Shown here: one piece after another, positions 1 through 8,808 of the stretch
How positions within the stretch are numbered: the stretch's first letter is position 1
Layout of the letters: every line of letters begins with the position of its first letter
Assembly: GCA_039925065.1 (NCBI GenBank)
Contig: JBDSZP010000080.1
Location: 2,582 to 66,581, forward strand
Source: Luteolibacter sp.
GTDB taxonomy: Bacteria > Verrucomicrobiota > Verrucomicrobiia > Verrucomicrobiales > Akkermansiaceae
Direction: 5' to 3'
DNA length: 64,000 nucleotides
Notes under the pieces: model-generated
Told to the model about the DNA's origin: nothing
Database searches by the model: none
What the model saw: only the letters and a program-made list of their open reading frames with translations
Position numbers and translations under genes: made by a program

Positions 1-664
1 TGCAGGTCCGCAGCTTCTGGAACTCGCAGTCGGCCGGGACACTGACCACGTCCGCCGGGTCAATCTCCACGATGACACAGCGAGGACCGAAGCTCGTCGC
101 ATACTCCAACGAACCAGCGTGGAAGCCGTAGCTGCAACCCTGATTGCTGTCGTCGTCGACCTTGGCCCGCTCCATCGAGAGCACCGCGCCGACATGATTA
201 CTGAAGCGCCCCGTGTGGACGTCCGTGTAGTTTTCCTTCACGCCTTTGTAGGCCAGGAAGTGGCCGTCCGGCGTGATGGCGAGGTTGCGATGTTCGAGGA
301 ACGTGTAGAGCTGCTGCCGAGACTTGAAGCTCGGGTTCGCTTGCAGCCGCTCGATGAACTTGATGAGCGGCTCATACGGCAGACCCTCCGACATGAACTC
401 GAAGATGCGGTCGACGACGACTCCATGGATCGCCTCTCCGTTGAAGAAGAGTTCGCCGTGGTTGACCTCGACTGTGCCATTGAGGTAACGCTTCGCCGCG
501 TTGGCACGGACGAAGAGATCTTCGATCTCAATGTCCGAGGCTTCCCGGAGAAACGCGTCCTTGACCTGCCGATAGACGGGGTTGTCGACCGCCACCGTGT
601 AGGAGCTGCCGCCGATTACTGCGCTGATGCCCGTAGGGCTGATGATGTAGCTGATGTTTTTCAT
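1..664 (-). CDS. rIIB: rIIB-like protein (3' truncated by window edge)
   Basis: Not in the ORF track; translated manually from ATG at 664: MKNISYIISPTG...LYTFLEHRNLAITPDGHFLAYKGV...VDDDSNQGCSYGFHAGSLEYA...EIDPADVVSVPADCEFQKLRTC, which are typical rIIB motifs. Lies directly downstream of rIIA. Confidence 0.9.
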   Translation of the reverse strand, partial: MKNISYIISPTGISAVIGGSSYTVAVDNPVYRQVKDAFLREASDIEIEDLFVRANAAKRYLNGTVEVNHGELFFNGEAIHGVVVDRIFEFMSEGLPYEPLIKFIERLQANPSFKSRQQLYTFLEHRNLAITPDGHFLAYKGVKENYTDVHTGRFSNHVGAVLSMERAKVDDDSNQGCSYGFHAGSLEYATSFGPRCVIVEIDPADVVSVPADCEFQKLRTC

Positions 665-709
665 ATCTGATTTTTCTCTTTCGTTTTGCTGTTGTTTTGG
701 TTTGGTTGT

Positions 710-2899
710 TTACCTGCGGAGTAATTTAACATACTCCTCGATCACTGCAATTTGTCCTTCAGGGGAACCGTCGGAAAACGACACCTGCTTCGGACCGTAG
801 CTCGAACAGAGCAGCGGGAAAAGCGGGTACGTGTGCAATGCCCTCTTCCACATGGCATCAAGGTCATGGCTGGGTTTGGGCAGGACCAGAGTGCCCACCG
901 ATAAGATGGCGGCAACGGAATAGTCCGACGCCCACTCGAACCCCAACCCCTGATAAGCCCGGTTCATGAACTTCCATGCCTTGAGATACTGCCCCAACAC
1001 ACTACGGTCGGAGACTTGAGGGACCACTCTCTCGTAGCGACCGAACCCGTAGTTGTGTTCGACGACTGCGTTGTGGTCCGCCACCCGCTGAAGGAACGCT
1101 GGCTTCTTCGCCATCGCCTTCAAGTTGGTCTCCAACCGGTCTTTCAAGTTGACCCACCCGGGCCCCACCTTGTCTGCCTGAGGCCGCTTGACCCCGTAGA
1201 CCAGCTCGTCTTTCTCAAGCAGTCCGCCCTTCCGGCATTGTTGCACGATGTGGAGAAGAGTGCTGCTGGGCATCTCTTTATTGCCCGCACCTAGGTCAGC
1301 AAGGAACCGGTCGATGACAACGTGTGTTCCCTTGCCCTTCTTCAAATCCACGGACTGCCCTTCCCAGTATTCCGACTGGGCGTTGGAGGAGGCGTTGACG
1401 TGGAGACCATCCCTCAGCGACACGACCGAAGCATGGTGCTTAGCGGCGTGGGCTGAGACGGAGGCAGGACGGGAAGACGATCCCCCCAATGAGGAAGAGA
1501 CCGGAGCAATGGAACTGAAGAGAGTCATCGGCGCCCCCTCCAGTTTCTTCTCCTTGATGAAGGCATCCTTGGCTGTGTCATCCTCGAACGTGAGGAGGAT
1601 GGCGCTATCCACGAGGTCATTGTGGGGACCCCGCGGTACCCGGGCATCGAAGAACCCGCGGAGCCGGTTGGGGGAGGCCGTCTTGGTGGGCAGATCGTTC
1701 AGAATCAGCTCCACATCTACCGGGCGGACGTCATGCACGTAGTCGGTGGACCGAAGCCGCCGACCACTCGTGAGACTGTACCTCTTGACCGAGACCCCCG
1801 GGATGGAGCCATCCGTGGCATCCAAGTTGAAGGTGCCGGAGCCTATGGCGATTCCGTTCCACATGATTTTCTTGCCCACCACATCCTTGAGGCTGCGGTA
1901 ACTGTAGCGGGAAGTCGATGTCCGATCGAAGACCTCGGAGTACTTCAGTTTGGCTTCCCAGAACGAGGACGCTCCAGAGATTTCATTCGTGAAGACTTCA
2001 GCTATTTCCTGCTCGACTGTTTTCAGTCTCGCCGCGATGGCCTGCACCGTCCGGTCCTTGTATTGCAGACCTTCCCGGTTCGCCGCCACTTCCAAGTCCC
2101 CGATCTCGAAGTCCAGTTCCACCCCGAGACTAACGAGGGTCTCGGCCTGCGAAGTGAAGCTGCCGGCGGGGGCCTTGAGGTCATACCCGACGTTCCCCAT
2201 GATGGCGACCGAGCTGCTGTCCCCGGTGTAACGCCAGCCCGTGCCGGCATACTGCGGGCCACTGCGGCTGAAGTCACACGTCGCACCCTGAATGATAGGC
2301 GTGACGCGGAAGTAGCGAAGGACCCTTTGGGCAGTTTGCACGAAGGAGTCGATATCGTTCTGACGAACCGGCACCTTCACTTCCAGGCCCATGGGCGCAT
2401 CGCTTGGGCCCTCGTGGAGAATGGCAAGCTTGAGCTGGCCCTGCTCCCGGTAGATGTTGTAGATGACGAGGGACTTCCCGGAGTAGGAAGTGACCATGAA
2501 CGAGTCACCGTAAGCAATCCCGGCCTTTGAGCCAATGCCCAGCATGCCGGTTACTTCGTTGCTCGCCCGCTTGGTCGACGACCCCATCTTGCAGAACGTC
2601 CCGATGACCTGCTCCTTCGACATTCCGAAACCGAAGTCTCGAATCGCCAAGGTGGGCTCAAGTTTATTCGGCAAACGCACCTCGATGGGTGTGTCCCCTA
2701 CACCTGCCTCTACGTTGGCGTCTGCTGCGTTGCAGGCGTATTCACGGATGACCGCTGCGATCTTGTCCGTGTAGAGGGAATCCGACAGGACCGTCATGAT
2801 CATCTGCTGATCTTCCAGTCGATCGGACAACCCAATCTCGATGGGCACTTGGGCCCCCGAAGACAGAGTTGGCTCTTCTGTTGACTGACATATTTTCAT
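710..2899 (-). CDS. rIIA: rIIA-like protein (N-terminal GHKL/Hsp90-like ATPase)
   Basis: LYTDKIAAVIREYACNAADA, IRDFGFGMS, SSTKRASNEVTGMLGIGSK motifs; paired with rIIB. Likely start is ATG 2899 (MKICQ). Confidence 0.9.
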   Translation of the reverse strand: MKICQSTEEPTLSSGAQVPIEIGLSDRLEDQQMIMTVLSDSLYTDKIAAVIREYACNAADANVEAGVGDTPIEVRLPNKLEPTLAIRDFGFGMSKEQVIGTFCKMGSSTKRASNEVTGMLGIGSKAGIAYGDSFMVTSYSGKSLVIYNIYREQGQLKLAILHEGPSDAPMGLEVKVPVRQNDIDSFVQTAQRVLRYFRVTPIIQGATCDFSRSGPQYAGTGWRYTGDSSSVAIMGNVGYDLKAPAGSFTSQAETLVSLGVELDFEIGDLEVAANREGLQYKDRTVQAIAARLKTVEQEIAEVFTNEISGASSFWEAKLKYSEVFDRTSTSRYSYRSLKDVVGKKIMWNGIAIGSGTFNLDATDGSIPGVSVKRYSLTSGRRLRSTDYVHDVRPVDVELILNDLPTKTASPNRLRGFFDARVPRGPHNDLVDSAILLTFEDDTAKDAFIKEKKLEGAPMTLFSSIAPVSSSLGGSSSRPASVSAHAAKHHASVVSLRDGLHVNASSNAQSEYWEGQSVDLKKGKGTHVVIDRFLADLGAGNKEMPSSTLLHIVQQCRKGGLLEKDELVYGVKRPQADKVGPGWVNLKDRLETNLKAMAKKPAFLQRVADHNAVVEHNYGFGRYERVVPQVSDRSVLGQYLKAWKFMNRAYQGLGFEWASDYSVAAILSVGTLVLPKPSHDLDAMWKRALHTYPLFPLLCSSYGPKQVSFSDGSPEGQIAVIEEYVKLLRR

Positions 2900-2940
2900 T
2901 CTCTTTTTCCTTTCGTTGTTCACTTCTGACGTAAGCGGTA

Positions 2941-2964
2941 TGGCGGGGGCAAAGCCCCCCGCCA
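2941..2964. terminator. GC-rich hairpin between the macrodomain gene and rIIA
   Basis: TGGCGGGGGC-AAA-GCCCCCCGCCA near-perfect inverted repeat; no clear U-tract, so it may be a processing or stabilising hairpin. Confidence 0.4.
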
Positions 2965-2971
2965 CACGCCC

Positions 2972-3421
2972 TTACGGCAGGTCGTAAACGATGACGCGCA
3001 TGCCCTTACGGCAGAGGTTCCACCAGACGAGAAGCCGGACGATTGCCCAGCTGCCACCGGCGAGACCACAACCAATCCTCGGCATGTGCACTACATCTCC
3101 CTCATCAAGGGAACGTCCCACTCTTCGCAGGCAGGCATGCAGGGCGGAGTAAGATAGCGGCCGCTCAGGTCCATACCCATGCTGCGCGATCATGTTCACT
3201 ACGTAGAGGCCGGGAGTATAGCGGCACCACTGCACTCTGCCGAGCACCCGGTCCTTGGGATACTTCCGGTATTTCAACTCCGGGGACCGGGAGATTCTCG
3301 ACAAGGCGAGAACGAAGCCCGCACCCCATCCACCCTTGTCGTTGCAGACATGAGCGATGCAGTTGTAAGTGCCGGGCTCCAGCTCGGGCCACGAAGCGTC
3401 TCCTGTTTTATACGTTATCAT
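2972..3421 (-). CDS. Macrodomain (Appr-1-p/TARG1-Poa1p-like ADP-ribose hydrolase)
   Basis: ITYKTGDA...IAHVCNDKGGWGAGFVLALS...VVNMIAQHG...VHMPRIGCGLAGGSW signature. Confidence 0.9.
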   Translation of the reverse strand: MITYKTGDASWPELEPGTYNCIAHVCNDKGGWGAGFVLALSRISRSPELKYRKYPKDRVLGRVQWCRYTPGLYVVNMIAQHGYGPERPLSYSALHACLRRVGRSLDEGDVVHMPRIGCGLAGGSWAIVRLLVWWNLCRKGMRVIVYDLP

Positions 3422-3707
3422 ATCTCTTCGTCTCCGTGAGAAAGACGCAAGCCACACGCTCGGTGGAGCAGGCCGCGTCTGCCTGTGCCCGAGTCAGGTG
3501 AAGGGTCCGCCCGACAAAGGTCGGGAAGATGTTGATGTAGCCGGTGACCAGCGCGGGGGCTGCGCGGTAGCGACTCTTGCCGAAGTTCCAATCCGGGTTG
3601 AGGACATTGACCCACACACCATCGATGAGGATTTGAATTTGCTTGCCCTGCTTGGCGGCGAGCAAAACATCCACCATGTAATTGATCGTTTCTTCTTCTC
3701 TCACCAT
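3408..3707 (-). CDS. hypothetical phage protein
   Basis: GKQIQ...NPDWNFGKSRYR motif common in small phage proteins; A-rich leader. Confidence 0.7.
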   Translation of the reverse strand: MVREEETINYMVDVLLAAKQGKQIQILIDGVWVNVLNPDWNFGKSRYRAAPALVTGYINIFPTFVGRTLHLTRAQADAACSTERVACVFLTETKRYDNV

Positions 3708-3858
3708 TGTTTTCCTTTCGTCTTAAACTTGAGCCGAAGGCGGCTCATGTAGTTGTAGTTGACCAAATAAATCAGTCGCATCCGGCTGTCGAACGGGATG
3801 CGGAGAACGTGGAGCTTGAGCCACTTTGTCATCGTCATCTGTCTTCCTCCTTTTGTGT

Positions 3859-4059
3859 TCATGTGTTCAATTTCTGCAGGTATTTATACAGTTCGGGTGT
3901 CATATGCATGCACAATATACGTCCGGTCGGACTGCGTTGGGCGGGGAACGTGCCTTTGAATCGCTTCAACTGCATCGTCAGTCGCTGGGGATACGGGATT
4001 CGAAAATCCTGAGCCACCTCCCAGCATCGCTGCCATTTCATTTCGTTTGGAGTTTTCAC
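3859..4059 (-). CDS. hypothetical early protein
   Basis: Tiles in the chain of small minus-strand ORFs. Confidence 0.5.
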   Translation of the reverse strand: MKTPNEMKWQRCWEVAQDFRIPYPQRLTMQLKRFKGTFPAQRSPTGRILCMHMTPELYKYLQKLNT

Positions 4060-4243
4060 AAACTACTGTGCTCTCCGTGGGGGCGGAGAGCCCAGGGTGT
4101 TTATGGTTGTTCTTCGGTGGTGGTCTTCTCGCCGGGAACATCCGGCGCTGGCGCTGGCGGCTCAGGAGTCACGATTCGCATCCCGGGCACGCTGATCCAG
4201 TCATGCGAAATGACCTCATCGGGGTTTTCCCGGTAGTAGCGGC

Positions 4244-4468
4244 TCATGGTATGCGGCGATCGAGGTGAAGGCGGCGAGAGACCTCACGGTCTATCTGCCC
4301 CCAAGTGAAGTGCAGCCCCATGTCATGCCACTCATTGCCCACAATCAGGGTTTCGTTCAGGGCGGCGTTGGCGCCGCGGCTGAAGTCCGACTGCGTGTGG
4401 TAGTGCGCAGCCCCCTGCCCGACGGTGACCAAGAGCGGGAGATAGAGAAGAGCGAGGAGGCGCTTCAT
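4244..4468 (-). CDS. small exported/membrane protein
   Basis: MKRLLALLYLPLLVTVGQGA signal-like N-terminus; AAGGAGG upstream; ATGA overlaps on both sides. Confidence 0.6.
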   Translation of the reverse strand: MKRLLALLYLPLLVTVGQGAAHYHTQSDFSRGANAALNETLIVGNEWHDMGLHFTWGQIDREVSRRLHLDRRIP

Positions 4469-4585
4469 TGTGCCTCCTTCGCGGCTTTCTTTTTCTCTTT
4501 CCGGGCTTTCCGTTTGATTTCTACCGGCCGATCTGAGGCCCGGCGAACGATCCCGCGGTGATCGCGGAAGTAATGCACTCCACGA

Positions 4586-4792
4586 CTATCCACGAATGGT
4601 GCTGCTTGCATAACGTGCTTCCTCCTTTCTTGCGGCGAAGAGAGCCTTCGCCGGGTTGCTCAACCCGGGGGTGCGGTCAACGACGATGGCGGATGCCATG
4701 AGCGTCGCCAACTGGTCGGAAGAGAAGGCTTGATCACCGGTACTACCCACCCGGAACTCCAGCCCACTCTTCATTTTGATGTGGATGTTCAT
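4586..4792 (-). CDS. hypothetical early protein
   Basis: MNIHIKMKSGLEFRVG...; tiles with neighbours. Confidence 0.55.
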   Translation of the reverse strand: MNIHIKMKSGLEFRVGSTGDQAFSSDQLATLMASAIVVDRTPGLSNPAKALFAARKEEARYASSTIRG

Positions 4793-4794
4793 GG

Positions 4795-5040
4795 TTAGAG
4801 CACCCCCGCGGTTTTGGAGACATACTGCAGGTCCGCCGAGAGGCTGTAGGCCGGAGTCTTGTCCGGGTTGCGGCGCACCGCGTCCGGGCGTCCGCGCCAA
4901 GCTTGGCGATTCTCACCGCGCGCCGTCGCACAGTTACTGCCCTTGAAGATGGGGGCCGCATGGGTGGAAGCGGTTCCATCCCGATTGTCCCTCGTGCACA
5001 AGCCGAGGGACTTGAGATACCGTGTCTGTCTGTTCATCAT
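4795..5040 (-). CDS. hypothetical early protein
   Basis: GAAAGG upstream; tiles with neighbours. Confidence 0.55.
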   Translation of the reverse strand: MMNRQTRYLKSLGLCTRDNRDGTASTHAAPIFKGSNCATARGENRQAWRGRPDAVRRNPDKTPAYSLSADLQYVSKTAGVL

Positions 5041-5113
5041 TGACCTTTCTGTTTAGTCGATGGCTAATTCCACCAACTCAACACGCCACTGTGGGGGCAA
5101 TGGCGTGGTTAAG

Positions 5114-5317
5114 TTAGAGGGTTGTGATTTCCGCTACGTTCGCCCGGGGATGGCGTTCGACGGAGCCGGAACCGTAATATACCACAACCTCATTCGGCGT
5201 CACTTCGTAACGTCGAGCTTGGTTGTAGCAATACCAGTATCCGCTCTTTAGCGTCACGGTGATGATCGAGCTCGTGCCCGCCGGGATTGTCGTTGAGGTG
5301 GTCAACACGGTTGTCAT
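5114..5317 (-). CDS. hypothetical early protein
   Basis: Beta-rich 67-aa ORF in the early gene chain. Confidence 0.55.
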   Translation of the reverse strand: MTTVLTTSTTIPAGTSSIITVTLKSGYWYCYNQARRYEVTPNEVVVYYGSGSVERHPRANVAEITTL

Positions 5318-5402
5318 AATGTGTAGTATCTGCGAGGACGATTGAGTGCGCGACGCATCCGGTCGATGACCAGACTTGCGAAGACGATCCAGTCGTTCAT
5401 GG

Positions 5403-5603
5403 TTAAGCGAAGACCGCGTCTTGGCAGTCTTGGCAAAGGCCGGTGATGGCGTGCTCTCTACGAGAGAGCTCGTCGGTGAATTTGAACGCGGGCGATTTGC
5501 AGAACGGGCAAATCGCCGCCTCGATACATGCCACTCGGTCGATGCCGGTGTTACTGGTGATCCACGCGTCGAGCGCGGGATGTTTCACTGTTGCTGTTGC
5601 CAT
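5403..5603 (-). CDS. small CxxC zinc-binding phage protein
   Basis: CPFC...FTDELSRREHAITGLCQDCQD pattern; GAAAGGAAA upstream. Confidence 0.75.
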   Translation of the reverse strand: MATATVKHPALDAWITSNTGIDRVACIEAAICPFCKSPAFKFTDELSRREHAITGLCQDCQDAVFA

Positions 5604-5631
5604 GTGTTTTCCTTTCGGTTGATGTGCTGGG

Positions 5632-5865
5632 TCAGGGATACAACTGCCGGACGATCTTCTGGATCTCCCCGGCAGCTCTCTCGGTGCTCTCGAAACGCTG
5701 GGCCAAAGTCCCGATGCGGGGATGGATGGTCTCGGCGTCTTTCATCCGGGCTTCAGTGGCGATGTTGCCAGCCAAGCCCAGAATGTGGTTGACCAGAGCA
5801 ATGACTCTGTCTTGCTCGGGTGTGTGGGCGGGGCGCGTCAGGCGCTCTGCTACGTGTGCTTGCAT
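5632..5865 (-). CDS. hypothetical helical protein
   Basis: 77-aa ORF in the early gene chain. Confidence 0.55.
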   Translation of the reverse strand: MQAHVAERLTRPAHTPEQDRVIALVNHILGLAGNIATEARMKDAETIHPRIGTLAQRFESTERAAGEIQKIVRQLYP

Positions 5866-5910
5866 AACTACTGCGCCCCGTGAGGGCGGGACGCAAGTGT
5901 GTTGTGCTCT

Positions 5911-6126
5911 TTACACGCCCCCGAATACTTCCGGGGATACGGCGAGTGCAACCACTGCCAGGTTTTGATGGTTGAGGAATTTCTGGAAGTCGAGATTCGA
6001 ATACTCTTCATCCAACTGCTTATCGAGCCACGCTTGCAACGGGCCGAGGATTTCGCGGGGCACAACGCTCTCACAAGCGCAGGCCGCCGCATCAAGCGCA
6101 AGAATGCGCTGGTGTGGTGTCATCAT
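5911..6126 (-). CDS. hypothetical protein
   Basis: MMTPHQRILALDAAA...; this start avoids overlap with the divergent plus-strand gene. Confidence 0.5.
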   Translation of the reverse strand: MMTPHQRILALDAAACACESVVPREILGPLQAWLDKQLDEEYSNLDFQKFLNHQNLAVVALAVSPEVFGGV

Positions 6127-6166
6127 AGGTGTTGCGTTTACCGGGGGTGTGTGCTCTGGTGGAGAG

Positions 6167-6715
6167 GTGAAAATCGTAGACACCAAGCCCATGTGGCAAG
6201 CCATATGGCCGACGGTTGTAAAAGAATACCTCGCTGGTGGGATGACGGTGATGATAGCGAGGAAGCATGGGCTGTCCGAGAAGGCGCTCACTGCTCGCAT
6301 CGTGCGGGCGAAACTTCCTGCGGTGCGTGAAAAGGCGATTGCAGCAGCGCAGAAGAAGGCAGTTGCGGCCGGGGCGCGATCCCTGCAATCATCCAGCGCA
6401 ACTACCTACGTAAACCGTGTAAAGGTTCAGGTAGAGCGTGGCATCGGCGTTCTTGAAGAGAACACGCCCACTTTTTCCACGATCGAGCGCCACGCCCGCT
6501 CACTCGAAACGCTTGATCGGATAGGCCGCCGGGCTTATGGGCTCGACGAATCTGGCGAGGGCAAAAGGGTCACTCTCAACCTCACGATGCTGGCTCAAGA
6601 GGTAAAAGAGGAGGCCGTTGACGCTGAATTTGAGCCAGAATTGACAGAAAGTTGTCCTGCAATTTTGGACGTTTCAGAGGGCGACGGCTCGGGTTTAGAA
6701 CCCGCTACGGAGTAG
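6167..6715 (+). CDS. putative terminase small subunit (HTH protein)
   Basis: N-terminal HTH WPTVVKEYLAGGMTVMIARKHGLSEKALTARIVR, central helices, LETLDRIGRRAYGLD and an acidic tail fit TerS architecture. Start uncertain (GTG 6167 or ATG 6191). Confidence 0.55.
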   Translation: MKIVDTKPMWQAIWPTVVKEYLAGGMTVMIARKHGLSEKALTARIVRAKLPAVREKAIAAAQKKAVAAGARSLQSSSATTYVNRVKVQVERGIGVLEENTPTFSTIERHARSLETLDRIGRRAYGLDESGEGKRVTLNLTMLAQEVKEEAVDAEFEPELTESCPAILDVSEGDGSGLEPATE

Positions 6716-6911
6716 ACCTGGGGAATCTACGGAAGGATTCCTTGTAGAAGAGCCGACGGCGCTCGACCACCAAGCGCCCACGCATCCGCTCGACTTTGTC
6801 GCGCAGCTGCTTGAGGGCACGCATTTCTTGTTTTGTCATAAAGAGTTTGATGCGTTGCGCTTCGCCACAACGCGGCCGGTTGACACGGCGCGGGTTCCTA
6901 CGCATCACCAC
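6705..6911 (-). CDS. small basic hypothetical protein
   Basis: Arg/Lys-rich 68-aa ORF; weak support. Confidence 0.35.
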   Translation of the reverse strand: MVMRRNPRRVNRPRCGEAQRIKLFMTKQEMRALKQLRDKVERMRGRLVVERRRLFYKESFRRFPRSTP

Positions 6912-6947
6912 CGCATCGGCGTGGGGGCGCCGTGCGGGTCGTGATGA

Positions 6948-7394
6948 TTAGGCCTTCAGGAGCAGCTGCTTGATGGCAGCGAGTTCCGCCCGGAGGGTGG
7001 CGTTCTCATCAGCGAGTGCCTTCGAGCCGGTGGCGAGTTTCACGAAGCGGCTTTTCTTGTTGAAGCCGATCACATTCCCGTCCTTCCCGAGGGCGAGGCG
7101 GACTTCCGAACGCATGTTCGGATCGGCGGCCGAGAGGGCGTCGATTTGTTTCGACGCCGAGTAAAACTGCTGACGTTTCACGTCGTATTCGGACGACCAC
7201 TCCTTGACCGCCTTCGTGTCGCCGACGATCTCCTTGATCTCCTTGAAGGTCTTCCCCTTCACAGAGGCGAGGGAGAGGCCGTGTTTTGCGGCGACGAAGT
7301 GGCGGATACCCACGAGGGTGCCGCTCTCGGTAAGTGCGTCGGCGAACGGCGCGACGTTGATTTCCTGATTGCCTGCCTTGATGATGCTGAGCAT
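6948..7394 (-). CDS. hypothetical early protein
   Basis: Strong codon bias and GAAAGGA upstream; first gene after the large non-coding block. Confidence 0.75.
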   Translation of the reverse strand: MLSIIKAGNQEINVAPFADALTESGTLVGIRHFVAAKHGLSLASVKGKTFKEIKEIVGDTKAVKEWSSEYDVKRQQFYSASKQIDALSAADPNMRSEVRLALGKDGNVIGFNKKSRFVKLATGSKALADENATLRAELAAIKQLLLKA

Positions 7395-7445
7395 ATAACT
7401 GATTCCTTTCGGTTGTGTTTCTGTGTGCAAGAACGCCGCATACAC

Positions 7446-8000
7446 GGCGCTCTAATCACAGCCCTGCATTGCAGGGCCGCAACCTTGTATTCGCATCTGC
7501 GACTTCGCCGGTGGGCATAACGACCACCCGCAGCCGCTACCATAAAGCGGGATGCTTAGTTGAATGTTGAAGGTTACTGAGTTTTTCACCCGTCACCGGG
7601 TGCAAGTCCTCGTTCGTGGGTCGCGCTCTGAATCCATGGGCATACTCACACTAACCCACTGGCAGATCTGTCGCGGCCGCTCAAGCTTGGGGGAGCGAGA
7701 GTCGAGGCTGTAGCCGCATGGTCAGGCGGCGATGCTGTCGTGTCGAACCAGAACTCGTTCCGTCCACACTGCGTCGAGTGCTTCACAGCAGTCGATCGCC
7801 AGTTTCACGGAACCCTCATGGGGCACGTTGGCCAATCGGGGCGACCGACTGGCAACCTTTATCGAAACCAACCCCAAAAATCCCGGGCCGAACGGGGGAG
7901 GGAGGGGCCCTAGGGGAGGGAGGGGGGCGCGTGCGCGCTACCCTCTACGTCTTTTATGGGCAAGAGAAAAAATTTATTTCCCCTGACACTTAAAGAGAAA
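7446..8000. other. long non-coding region with G-rich tract (candidate genome end/pac and early promoter region)
   Basis: No credible ORF over about 550 bp; GGGGAGGGAGGGG occurs twice at 7894-7927, followed by an A/T-rich stretch. Confidence 0.45.
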
Positions 8001-8005
8001 GAAAA

Positions 8006-8143
8006 TCAGAGCCGGCCGAGAACGATCAGGACGATCAGGATGAGGAGGACGAGGCCGACTGGCCCGTAGAAGAGTCCGCCGGCACCCATGGGGATGCCGC
8101 CGAGGAGCAAGAAGATTAGGAAGATGAGAAGAAGCAGGCCCAT
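8006..8143 (-). CDS. DUF3309-like small two-helix membrane protein
   Basis: Not in the track (45 aa): MGLLLLIFLIFLLLGGIPMGAGGLFYGPVGLVLLILIVLIVLGRL. Confidence 0.7.
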   Translation of the reverse strand: MGLLLLIFLIFLLLGGIPMGAGGLFYGPVGLVLLILIVLIVLGRL

Positions 8144-8147
8144 ATTA

Positions 8148-8540
8148 CTAAGGTCCAGGAACGAGAACAGCTTTCAACGAGGAAACTTTGCCGGGGGCCT
8201 TGGGCACCGCGATCGTGGCTGGGTCAGAGTAAACGGACTCGCCCGCGACATTCGAGGCGGTGACCACGTAAGTATGGGAACCCGCTGTAAGCCCCGTGAC
8301 GTGCGCGCTGACCACCGGGGGCGTCACAGTCGCAACAACCGAATACGTGAACGTGGTGACCCCAGAGCGTTCGTAGGCTGTGTACCTGGTGACGTTCTCC
8401 GAAGCTGCGTTGGCGGCCCAACTCAAGTCCGTGCTGTAGGCTGGAGGCGTCGGGGTCTGGGCCACCGTCGAGGTGCAACCCGAAACCCCGAGCCATACCA
8501 ACGGGAGGAGGAAGAGAAGAAATTTCTTCACGCGAGGCAT
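8148..8540 (-). CDS. exported fibronectin type III domain (lipo)protein
   Basis: KKFLLFLLPLVWLGVSGC signal/lipobox; LSWAAN...Y...VTGLTAGSHTYVVTASNVAGESVYS FN3 motifs. Confidence 0.8.
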   Translation of the reverse strand: MPRVKKFLLFLLPLVWLGVSGCTSTVAQTPTPPAYSTDLSWAANAASENVTRYTAYERSGVTTFTYSVVATVTPPVVSAHVTGLTAGSHTYVVTASNVAGESVYSDPATIAVPKAPGKVSSLKAVLVPGP

Positions 8541-8677
8541 TTGGTCACAATGACGGCGATGGCCGCGAACATGAAACCAAGGGATTGGAAGTTGACTCCC
8601 GACTGCGGGAGGACATTGAAAGCAGAGAACCCGAACGAAACGGCCGAGCAGATCATGAAGATAAGGCAAAGTGACAT
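8528..8677 (-). CDS. small two-TM membrane protein
   Basis: MSLCLIFMICSAVSFGFSAF...FQSLGFMFAAIAVIV; TTGACA lies just upstream. Confidence 0.6.
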   Translation of the reverse strand: MSLCLIFMICSAVSFGFSAFNVLPQSGVNFQSLGFMFAAIAVIVTKCLA

Positions 8678-8808
8678 GGGGAAAGATGTGGACCAGCTTG
8701 CACTTGTCAAGCCCGAACAACGGGGCCCAGTCGGCCTATTGGTTATTACGCCGGCGCCCCTCGTTGCCAAGAGGTCGTGTTATGCAGGGCCCCGCTGCCG
8801 GGACAAGA

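Noticed and set aside
7446-8000. tRNA or known ncRNA in the large intergenic block
   Set aside because: No cloverleaf or T-loop consensus was recognisable by eye.
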